From positions 512,551 through 576,550 of the forward strand of contig JAUHZY010000001.1 in assembly GCA_030425825.1 (NCBI GenBank): a stretch of 64,000 bases of DNA. Direction: 5' to 3'. Positions 56,260-64,000 of this stretch are shown here, piece by piece (within the stretch, counting starts at the first letter, position 1; each line of letters begins with the position of its first letter). Source of the stretch: Alphaproteobacteria bacterium (GTDB taxonomy: Bacteria > Pseudomonadota > Alphaproteobacteria > JAUHZY01). The position numbers and the translations under genes were made by a program. The notes under the pieces were generated by a model, which searched no databases, was not told the origin of the DNA, and saw only the letters and a list, made by a program, of their open reading frames with translations.

Positions 56260-57147
56260 ATGAACAATGACGAGACCACCTATGTCGAAGGCGGCGCGGT
56301 ACAAAGCAGCAACAATAGCTGGAACGACTATGACCCAGATCCTTTCGGCTGGGACAGTCTGCCAGGGTCAGAACATTTACCCTCAAAGCGTGGCTGGACA
56401 TTGCCGTCAGGTAGGTCCATCACAGCACCATTCCCAGGCCAAGAAGAAAGCTATTTCCGTTGGAGTGAGAATAAGATGGCACAACATCAGCGAAATATTG
56501 ATGCATTAGATGCTGCCTATACTGTGTTCATGGAGGGAAGTCATACACAAATAGATCGTGTCAGAAGCTTACAAGGCTCATATCCACCTGCCCATATTAA
56601 CGCACCTCTTTTTGGGAAGATGCGTCAATATGTTCCGCAACAACCCAGGACTTTAACGCCAGAACAGCAAAGTGCAATGAGACGCCAAGCTTTATACAAC
56701 ATCAATAACGGTATGAGTGCTGTGACGGCGGGTATGATTGGGATGAGTCGTGGTGCGTCTTTGGGTGTTCCTGGCATGGTCGCGGGTGGATTGTTTGGGG
56801 CTTTTAACGGTTATCAGGCGAGTCATGCAATTCAAAACAATCCCATAAATGCTTTAGATTTGGCAAGTCGATACGTCCCAATAGGAAAGGCGGTTGATAT
56901 AGGAAAAGATCTAAGTATTAGTGCTTTTAATCAATATCGCGAAAATGGTCATATAGATGCGTCTCAAGTTTTACGAGATACGGCTGTCAATCAAACTGTG
57001 GGAAGGGGAGTCAAAAGTATTCTGGGAGATAATTTGTCGCCAATTTCTGCGCTTGGAACAGAGAATATTTTGGGAGACCGTATCAATCGTGGTCTTAAAA
57101 AAATAGATGAGTATCTTTACCAAAAAGGGTATATCACTGGATATTAG
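56260..57147 (+). CDS. glycine-zipper membrane toxin-like protein, copy A (295 aa)
   Basis: AAGGAGG RBS. W/P-rich N-terminal domain. Glycine zipper GMSAVTAGMIGMSRGASLGVPGMVAGGLFGAFNG. Variable C-terminus. Confidence 0.6.
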   Translation: MNNDETTYVEGGAVQSSNNSWNDYDPDPFGWDSLPGSEHLPSKRGWTLPSGRSITAPFPGQEESYFRWSENKMAQHQRNIDALDAAYTVFMEGSHTQIDRVRSLQGSYPPAHINAPLFGKMRQYVPQQPRTLTPEQQSAMRRQALYNINNGMSAVTAGMIGMSRGASLGVPGMVAGGLFGAFNGYQASHAIQNNPINALDLASRYVPIGKAVDIGKDLSISAFNQYRENGHIDASQVLRDTAVNQTVGRGVKSILGDNLSPISALGTENILGDRINRGLKKIDEYLYQKGYITGY

Positions 57148-57986
57148 TATTGAAGGTTCATTGCCTTAAACTCTTTTTCAAACCCTGAGCCAATCTTCCA
57201 GTTTTCGGCGAGACGTTTTATTTGTTCTTTTTGTTGAGTTGTAAGCTTTTTGTCTAACTCTTTTTTTAATTGATGCAATTCAGGAAATGAGCTTGAAGAG
57301 AATCCTTTTTCAATATTAAAAAACAAATCTGGATAACGTTCACGCAGCAGAAAAACGCCTCTTTTTCCTTGAACAGAATCACTTAAATGAAGAAAAAAGA
57401 AGCGAACCAAATCAATTTGTGGATAGTCTTGGAAAGCACCATAATAAAATGCTAAAGCCCCGAAAGCAGCGGCACTTCCCATTTGCGCAGCTGCGGATAT
57501 TTTTTTATTTGCGTAAACAAGATGATCTTCACGTTCTTTATTTTTTATATGGTAATAGCCTATCATAAAAAGCGCGGAATAATCCTTTTTCTCTGCTGCC
57601 TTCTGTGTCCATTTCCATGCTTGTTTTGGGTCTTGTTTGACGGCAATGCCTTCGCTGTAAAAACGACTTATCTTATTCATGGCTTCTGGATCACCTGCCT
57701 TTGCGGCTTCGTGATATAATGTGAAAGCCTTGGCAGGATTCTTTGCAACGCCCAGGCCATGCTCCCAAATAAGACCCTCTAATGTCTGAAAACGTGGATG
57801 ATCAGCAGAAGATGCCAGCACAAGCACCTGGTCATATTGTTTGTTATCAAAAGCAGTGAGTGCATTATCCCACAGCTGTTGGTCAATGGGCTGATCATAA
57901 GGGGTTGATTGATGAGAGGTATAAAACACACCTGCCGCAACAAGGCATAAAACAAAAACAAAGGGGAAGAGACGTTTCTTTTTCAT
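57144..57986 (-). CDS. Sel1-repeat protein with signal peptide, copy 3
   Basis: The N-terminal 150 aa are near-identical to copy 1 and the C-terminus is diverged. 4-bp convergent overlap with the toxin gene. Confidence 0.7.
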   Translation of the reverse strand: MKKKRLFPFVFVLCLVAAGVFYTSHQSTPYDQPIDQQLWDNALTAFDNKQYDQVLVLASSADHPRFQTLEGLIWEHGLGVAKNPAKAFTLYHEAAKAGDPEAMNKISRFYSEGIAVKQDPKQAWKWTQKAAEKKDYSALFMIGYYHIKNKEREDHLVYANKKISAAAQMGSAAAFGALAFYYGAFQDYPQIDLVRFFFLHLSDSVQGKRGVFLLRERYPDLFFNIEKGFSSSSFPELHQLKKELDKKLTTQQKEQIKRLAENWKIGSGFEKEFKAMNLQY

Positions 57987-58046
57987 AAAGCAACTTTAAC
58001 AACCAGTAATTGAAAAAACTATCTTTTATTTTAAGGAGGAACACCC
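57987..58046. promoter_or_regulatory. conserved divergent intergenic spacer (family B), copy 3
   Basis: Identical to 56200-56259. Confidence 0.6.
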
Positions 58047-58871
58047 ATGAACAATGACGAGACCACCTATGTTGAGGGCGGCGCGGTACAAAGCAGCAAC
58101 AATAGCTGGAACGACTATGATCCAGATCCTTTTGGTTGGGACAATTTACCGGGTTCAGAATACCTGCCTTCAAAGCGCGGCATGTCATTGCCATCGGGCC
58201 GGTCAATCACGGCACCATTTCCTGGACAAGAAGAAAGTTATTTTAAATGGTCAGAGAGCAAGATAGCTGAACATCAACACAATATTGAAGCGTTGGACTC
58301 TGCTTACTCAGGCTTTGTTGAAGGCGTACAAAGTCTAGTACCGCAGTCACAGACCCTAACACCACAACAACAGAGATTGATACGTCAGCAAGCCATGTAC
58401 AATATCAATAATGGTATGGGGGCGGTGACAGGTGCGATGTTTGGCGCTAGTCGTGGTGCTCCGCTGGGGGTGCCTGGCATGGTTGCTGGCGGATTACTTG
58501 GTGCAGGGGCAGGGTATTTACAAACTCAACATATCCAGCAAAATATACCAGAAATCATGCAAGATGTGCAGCAGCCAGAGAATATTGCAGGAGCCGCCAT
58601 ATCATTATTGCCGCAAGCAAGAGGGACCGCACATATTTCTCGAGCAGCTTGGGATGCGGCAGCTAGTTTTTCTCGTCAGAAGAGAGAAAACAATTTAAGT
58701 TTCACAAAAACTGCAAGGAATATTATTGAGGGACAAGCATCAATGTTTGGCGTCAACAAAATTCTTGGTGGCGCTGCTAATCCTGTAGTTCAAAACTTTG
58801 GAGAAGCTGCAATCAGGGAAAGGATAAATCAGATCGGAGAATATCTAAGAGTCTTAAAATCAAGATATTGA
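58047..58871 (+). CDS. glycine-zipper membrane toxin-like protein, copy B (274 aa)
   Basis: GMGAVTGAMFGASRGAPLGVPGMVAGGLLGAGAGY. The N-terminal 90 aa are conserved with copy A. Confidence 0.6.
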   Translation: MNNDETTYVEGGAVQSSNNSWNDYDPDPFGWDNLPGSEYLPSKRGMSLPSGRSITAPFPGQEESYFKWSESKIAEHQHNIEALDSAYSGFVEGVQSLVPQSQTLTPQQQRLIRQQAMYNINNGMGAVTGAMFGASRGAPLGVPGMVAGGLLGAGAGYLQTQHIQQNIPEIMQDVQQPENIAGAAISLLPQARGTAHISRAAWDAAASFSRQKRENNLSFTKTARNIIEGQASMFGVNKILGGAANPVVQNFGEAAIRERINQIGEYLRVLKSRY

Positions 58872-58874
58872 TTT

Positions 58875-59726
58875 TTAGTTCAAATAATCAGTTGAAACGC
58901 CCATCGCTTTAAACTCTTTTTCAAACCCAGTGCCAATACGCCAATCCTGAGCCAGTTTTTTTGCTAGCTTTTTTTGCTCAGGCGTTGTTTTTTGAGAGAG
59001 TTCTTTTAGAAAGATCGCTAACCGAGGATCTTTCTTTTCGTCTTGCACAAAAGTTTTGAGAAAAAGATGTGGATAGCGCTCACGCAAAAGATTTTTGCCT
59101 CTTTTGTCTTTAACTAAGTCGTTTAAATTAAGAAAAAACTGAGAAAGCACAAAGTGATTAGGGAAGTCCTCAAACTGTCCCATTAAAATTGAAAGCATTT
59201 TAAAAGATTCATCACTACCATAATTTGCCGCTGCACTAAAATTTTTCAAAGAATAGTGTAAATTATCTTGAATTTGATCATTGTAAATAAAAATTAAGGC
59301 ATATTCTGTTAAAGCAAAATAATCATTTTTTTCTGCTGCGCGTTGCACCCACATCCATGCTTTTTCTTTGTCTTGTTGCACGTGCGTGCCGTCATGATAA
59401 AAACGACTTATTTTATTCATGGCTTCTGGATCACCTTTTTTTGCGGCTTTGTGATAAAGGGTGAAAGCTTTGCTAAGGTCTTTTTCAACACCAAGACCAT
59501 GCTCCCACATCAGACCTTCTAATGTCTTAAAGCGAGGATGTTTGGTGGATGTAGTAAGGCCACGTACTGTCGCGTATTGCTTTTGGTCAAAGGCGTGTAA
59601 AGCAGCGCTCCATGCCTGTTGGTCAATAGGTGCATCGTAACGTTTTGATTCATAATCAATATAGGCCCATCGAGCGGCCAAAGTAGACAGTAAAATAACA
59701 AGACTGAGAAGCAGTTTCTTTTTCAT
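58875..59726 (-). CDS. Sel1-repeat protein with signal peptide, copy 4
   Basis: LEGLMWEHGLGVEKDLSKAFTLYHKAAKKGDPEAMNKISRFYHDGTHVQQDKEKAWMWVQRAAEK. Confidence 0.7.
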   Translation of the reverse strand: MKKKLLLSLVILLSTLAARWAYIDYESKRYDAPIDQQAWSAALHAFDQKQYATVRGLTTSTKHPRFKTLEGLMWEHGLGVEKDLSKAFTLYHKAAKKGDPEAMNKISRFYHDGTHVQQDKEKAWMWVQRAAEKNDYFALTEYALIFIYNDQIQDNLHYSLKNFSAAANYGSDESFKMLSILMGQFEDFPNHFVLSQFFLNLNDLVKDKRGKNLLRERYPHLFLKTFVQDEKKDPRLAIFLKELSQKTTPEQKKLAKKLAQDWRIGTGFEKEFKAMGVSTDYLN

Positions 59727-59795
59727 AAAGCAACTTTAACAACCTGCAATTGAAAAAACTATCTTTATTTTAAGGAGAACAAGAAGGCGATTTAC
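59727..59795. promoter_or_regulatory. conserved intergenic spacer (family B), copy 4, followed by a degenerate gene start
   Basis: ataaagcaactttaacaacctgcaattgaaaaaactatctttattttaaggagaac, with no intact downstream toxin ORF. Confidence 0.5.
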
Positions 59796-59894
59796 AGCTA
59801 TTATTGGTGGTAAGAGATACACCTTGGTGAACGTCAGGAAGAAGTGCTTTAGTGATATGCTTGATTCTTGTTTTAAATACTTCATACTAAACAA

Positions 59895-60362
59895 ATGAAG
59901 AAAAAAGCTTTTATTCCTGAGAATATTGATTGGATTGTTTGGCGCGGTATGTTCTGGGAGACATTGCGCAATGCGATTATCTTTTTTACTTGGGGTGCGG
60001 CCAATGTTGTAATGGACGACCCGGAACAACATTTTTACATTCCATTTGCCTATGTGTTCTTTGCGCATTGCTTTTATTTGACGCATCGCATTTGTTACGC
60101 CACGCATACACGTTTTGATAAATATGCGGAAGCTTTTTTTAAAACAAAATCAGAATACAAATACAAGCTTGCTGTCAAAACATTTTCTCAGCGCTTGCGC
60201 CTGTTTTTATCTTTTTTATCGCGTGCTTTGGTGCGGCTTTCTTTGCTTGTGCTCTTTCTGCCAATGATGGTTGGTCTTATTAATATTCTTACGCCATACA
60301 GGTGGTTGCCTTATGATTACAAGCTGTGGTTTTATCAATACTTTATTTTATGGTGGGCATAA
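59895..60362 (+). CDS. hypothetical membrane protein (155 aa)
   Basis: Several hydrophobic helices (IIFFTWGAANVV, LSLLVLFLPMMVGLINIL). Confidence 0.4.
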   Translation: MKKKAFIPENIDWIVWRGMFWETLRNAIIFFTWGAANVVMDDPEQHFYIPFAYVFFAHCFYLTHRICYATHTRFDKYAEAFFKTKSEYKYKLAVKTFSQRLRLFLSFLSRALVRLSLLVLFLPMMVGLINILTPYRWLPYDYKLWFYQYFILWWA

Positions 60363-60623
60363 TTTTTCTTGATCGCAGATAAAATCTCTGTGTACAATAA
60401 AACAATGGCTTGTACGGATTATACTCTTTTACCGTTTTATTTTTCTCCCGCAGTGATGGACTCACTTGCGATACTTGCTATCATCACAATTACGACAATT
60501 ATTATTACAGGCTCCATTACAGGGGCACGAACGATCTCCACCGGTACGCAGTAAGCTGTTTTAGGCCCAACGTATCGGGCCTTTCAGAGCTTTAAGCCGA
60601 AGGTTTTTCGTTGAATTTGATTT

Positions 60624-60929
60624 TTGAAAAACGAAAGAATGGAGATGACCTTGAAAAATTTTCCCTATGAACAACTTGCCGCGATGGCTTTCAAGCGTCC
60701 AACAGAGATGCAAGAAGATCAACTTACTGCGGCTATGGACACACATAAAAAGCATCGCTTTGTTGATGAGTTAAATGGCTATTTAAGCGAACTAGGTGAA
60801 TCAACAAAAGCGCATGGCGAATCATGTAGCTGGGGTGAATATATCGCAAATAACTATAAAGAAAAAAATGCGCAAACTTTCTTAAATGACCTGCGTATAC
60901 AGTATCTTAGAAAAGTTATTTATAAATAA
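60624..60929 (+). CDS. hypothetical protein (101 aa)
   Basis: ORF only. Confidence 0.35.
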   Translation: MKNERMEMTLKNFPYEQLAAMAFKRPTEMQEDQLTAAMDTHKKHRFVDELNGYLSELGESTKAHGESCSWGEYIANNYKEKNAQTFLNDLRIQYLRKVIYK

Positions 60930-60956
60930 AATAAACAATAAATAGAGGAGGAACAC

Positions 60957-61223
60957 ATGCAAGAAGCTGTTTTGTATGAAGAAATATCACGTGGTCAAAC
61001 TGCAAAAGACTTACTGAATAATAAATTATTAAAAGATGCATTGGAAGCTGTAGAGGCCGCCGCGTTAGAAGAATGGAAAGAAACAGATAAAGATGCTTTC
61101 TCACAGCGTGAACGCATGTGGCAAAAGCTGCAAGTTATTGAAGAGTTCCGCCAGGACCTCACGCGCCATATTGAAACAGGCGCATTGGCAAAAGCACAAA
61201 TGAAAAGAAAAAAACGCTCATAA
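60957..61223 (+). CDS. hypothetical protein (88 aa)
   Basis: GAGGAGG RBS and ORF. Confidence 0.4.
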   Translation: MQEAVLYEEISRGQTAKDLLNNKLLKDALEAVEAAALEEWKETDKDAFSQRERMWQKLQVIEEFRQDLTRHIETGALAKAQMKRKKRS

Positions 61224-61284
61224 TGTTTCCTTTACAAAGAAATGTCTCCATTGTATAAAGCTGTAAAATAGAGAATGGATCAGT

Positions 61285-61788
61285 ATGTTTTACAGTAGGA
61301 AATACAGCTTTTATTGGAGTGAGAGACAGCAAAAACAGGCTGCTTTGAAAAAGATCAGTAAGCCTGCATATAAGAAATATAAGAAACAAAGATGGGCTTT
61401 AACTTATCAAGAGATCTCACTGTTAACAACTTTTTCACTTATTATCTCTTCGGCTATGTTAAGTCTTTCATCAAAAGTTTTTGCATCGAGAGTAACAGCT
61501 GTTACCGCTTTAACAAGTATGGCGACACTCTATCGCAACGGAAAAAACCTTGACCAGTTTGACAAGTTGGTGGGTAAAGATGTTCAAAATAGCTTTAAAA
61601 AGTCTTTGAAAAAAAGCGAAAGAAAAGCAGGAAAAAGAGCAAACCTAGCTGTCTTTATGTTAGAAGAAAAAAACGCAAAAATGCTCTCATACCTTACGAA
61701 GCAAATAGATGAAAACAAACCAGGCGCCTTCACGAAGACAGAAAACGTTCTGTTTATCGCAAAATTTAAAGCAGCACTTGAGAAATAA
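61285..61788 (+). CDS. hypothetical protein (167 aa)
   Basis: ORF only. Confidence 0.4.
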   Translation: MFYSRKYSFYWSERQQKQAALKKISKPAYKKYKKQRWALTYQEISLLTTFSLIISSAMLSLSSKVFASRVTAVTALTSMATLYRNGKNLDQFDKLVGKDVQNSFKKSLKKSERKAGKRANLAVFMLEEKNAKMLSYLTKQIDENKPGAFTKTENVLFIAKFKAALEK

Positions 61789-61794
61789 GAAAAT

Positions 61795-62361
61795 ATGATG
61801 AAACCTTTAACTTTTTTAAAACAAGAAGTCTTTCAACGTGTCTTTATGCCTTATCAGTATAAAAAGACATTGTTACGTCAACTTGCGCCAGATGGCCACT
61901 TGGAAAAATCATACCAAAAGTATCGCAAAACATATATGGCTGCTGAAGATAAAATATTGATGGCTGGAACCGCTGCATTAGGCACCGTTGTTTCGATGGC
62001 TGCGACCTTTATTTTGCCTGTTTCTTTTGTCGGTACCATTGCCTCGTTTACAGCCATTGTTTTCACCGCAAATGCTGCATTAACGCTCAAAAAACAAGTG
62101 AAAGAGCCGGCAAAATGGGCAAGAAGTTTAAAAGCACAACTGGCTATGCAAACGAAAGAACATATAAAAGAACAACTTCTTACACCTGAAGCATTGTCGC
62201 GCTTGACGATGATTGCACAAGAAAAGCAGTTAGAGGAAAAACCGTCTTCTCTACAAAAAGATCTTATTCAATCACTTGAAGACCAAAACTCGCAAAAGTT
62301 CTTAAAGGTCAGAAACATTAAACTATTAATCAACATGAATGAGAAATTAATGCGTTCTTAG
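61795..62361 (+). CDS. hypothetical membrane protein (188 aa)
   Basis: Two predicted TM helices (LMAGTAALGTVVSMAATFILPVSFVGTIASFTAIVF). Confidence 0.4.
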   Translation: MMKPLTFLKQEVFQRVFMPYQYKKTLLRQLAPDGHLEKSYQKYRKTYMAAEDKILMAGTAALGTVVSMAATFILPVSFVGTIASFTAIVFTANAALTLKKQVKEPAKWARSLKAQLAMQTKEHIKEQLLTPEALSRLTMIAQEKQLEEKPSSLQKDLIQSLEDQNSQKFLKVRNIKLLINMNEKLMRS

Positions 62362-63227
62362 GGTTTGTAAACACGCTGGAAAGGGCGGCGTTTAAAGATA
62401 ACCACTCCAACACCTGTCATTGTAAATATACCACCAATCGCTGTCATTGTTGATAATGATTCTCCCAAAAATACAACGGCAATCCAAATACCAAAAACAG
62501 GCTCTAACATCGAGAGTGGCATAACCTGATTGATTTCATAATTTTGTAGAAGAAAATACCAAACACTATAACAAAAAATTGATCCCACAATAAGTGAGCT
62601 TGTCAGCCAAAAAATATGACGATGTGAAAAAATTTCTAGCATCTCCATGCTGGGACTTTCAAAAATGAATGAGAGAATTAAGATAGGAATTGCTGCAAAA
62701 ACATTCATCCACGCATTCAGCGTAAAACCACTTATATGCTTTAAACGCTTAGCATATAAAGACCCTGCTGGAAAACAAATCGCAGCACCTAATGTGAACA
62801 AAACACCACTAAAAGTTCCATCCAGATGTGGGTTTCCAACGATAAAAATAATACCAATAAATGCTAAGGAAATGCCAATAGCACGCTGCTTGCCAAGCAT
62901 CTCAGAAAAGAAGATAGCTGCCATCAGTGAAGCAATAGGGACCTGTGTTTGAACAAGAAGAACACTGGCAGAGGCAGAAAGGTTTTGCAGGCCAAAGTAA
63001 AAAAGTGGCGTCATTAAAACACCCATGAAAAGGGTAAACACCAAAACGTCTTTAATATCTTTTCTAGGGAATTTAGTGAAGGGTGCCACCAAAGCACCTG
63101 TAATTAAGAAACGAACAGCGACCAAGAAAAGAGGGCTTATTTCACCAAGAATAACTTTGCTGATCGGGAAGCTGGCACCCCAAAATAAAATACACAACAG
63201 CGCAAGAAAAAGATGAAACGGTGTCAT
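62358..63227 (-). CDS. EamA/DMT-family transporter
   Basis: 10-TM hydrophobic profile. LFWGASFPISKV and the duplicated EamA-like halves. Confidence 0.7.
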   Translation of the reverse strand: MTPFHLFLALLCILFWGASFPISKVILGEISPLFLVAVRFLITGALVAPFTKFPRKDIKDVLVFTLFMGVLMTPLFYFGLQNLSASASVLLVQTQVPIASLMAAIFFSEMLGKQRAIGISLAFIGIIFIVGNPHLDGTFSGVLFTLGAAICFPAGSLYAKRLKHISGFTLNAWMNVFAAIPILILSFIFESPSMEMLEIFSHRHIFWLTSSLIVGSIFCYSVWYFLLQNYEINQVMPLSMLEPVFGIWIAVVFLGESLSTMTAIGGIFTMTGVGVVIFKRRPFQRVYKP

Positions 63228-63922
63228 CTTGTCATGACCAAAGCCAGAGATCCTTGAAGCTTTTTATCTGGCATAAAGTCTTTGCTGTCAGATTCTTTCT
63301 TTTCATTCTTTTTAAGAATGCGCATGTTCTCTGAACGGTATGACACAAAAAGATCTTCTGTTTCCTCATGAGGTTTAGAATCAGAGTAAACCATATGCAT
63401 ATTCTGAAGAACCGCCATCAGGTGTTTCTGTTGAAAATTTCTTTTTTGCGTATTCGTCATATCTGCAGTTGCTGTTTGAAACTCTGTCGAAACAAGGTGA
63501 TTATTAATGACGTTATTTGCCAGTGTTGCGGTGGTTTTAATCTCTTCCGGCGCGCATCTATATGCATGCGAGGCCAAAACATCAACATAAGCCTTAAAGT
63601 TTTCTTTTTCTAAAAGCTTTACACGCGCATGAAGCGGGTTCTTTTCATCATAATCAAGACGGCCAATCAAGTGATCACGGATTGTGACAAGCTCTTGTAT
63701 GCGTCTCTCTTCTGTCCAATAATCTTGACGATTGATAAGAATATTGGCCAAGTTTGTACCATAATGTTGCCCCATTATGTCAACAAACTGACCTAAACTG
63801 CCATCAATTTTTTTAAGACTTTTGTATAAGCCGCGACGCTTATTAAGAAGGGTCTGTGATTTTTTTGTTTTTTTCATATCACTCATATAATAATGGAGCG
63901 CTTCTGAAAACTCATTAACCAA
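63224..63922 (-). CDS. hypothetical protein (232 aa)
   Basis: ORF overlapping the EamA gene stop by 4 bp. Confidence 0.4.
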   Translation of the reverse strand: MVNEFSEALHYYMSDMKKTKKSQTLLNKRRGLYKSLKKIDGSLGQFVDIMGQHYGTNLANILINRQDYWTEERRIQELVTIRDHLIGRLDYDEKNPLHARVKLLEKENFKAYVDVLASHAYRCAPEEIKTTATLANNVINNHLVSTEFQTATADMTNTQKRNFQQKHLMAVLQNMHMVYSDSKPHEETEDLFVSYRSENMRILKKNEKKESDSKDFMPDKKLQGSLALVMTR

Positions 63923-64000
63923 AGACTCAGAAACATTGTCTATACTGTTTAGTTTATCGTCAAGATCACGTTTTATATAAATCTTGCCATTGGTGTAATA

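Noticed and set aside
1-64000. CRISPR arrays, integrases, transposases, tRNA/rRNA genes
   Set aside because: No regularly spaced short direct repeats with unique spacers, no tyrosine/serine recombinase or DDE motifs, and no rRNA or tRNA signatures were recognised by eye. The repeats present are long (60-107 bp) tandem or inverted repeats without spacers.

Overview
AT-rich (about 60% AT) bacterial accessory region, probably from a host-associated or intracellular proteobacterium; that attribution is inference. Content from left to right: (1) the 3' part of a giant RTX/LamG adhesin-like gene, the flagellar hook gene flgE and an AsmA-like gene; (2) a co-directional cluster of paralogous hypothetical proteins (10.0-17.6 kb) with YD-like repeats and hydrophobic C-terminal tails; (3) a phage-like regulatory module (Cro-like XRE, cI/S24-like repressor) flanking two tandem flagellin genes whose variable domain is replaced by LamG_3 lectin-like modules homologous to, and in the same order as, the LamG modules of the RTX protein; (4) large hypothetical effector-like proteins; (5) a fragmented prophage/GTA-like remnant (terS-like, terL, a GH108 protein, portal) that carries two families of tandem cassette arrays. 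One family is three GH24 lysozyme-like genes, each converging on a secreted partner gene. The other is four glycine-zipper toxin-like genes, each converging on a Sel1-repeat gene. In both families a strongly conserved ~65-bp divergent promoter spacer separates the units. The window also contains a ~107-bp tandem triplication of the fliC2 5' region (RBS and start codon included), three 66-bp iterons upstream of the terS-like gene, and a ~360-bp palindromic element with 72-bp terminal inverted repeats. No rRNA, tRNA, CRISPR array, transposase or integrase was recognised.
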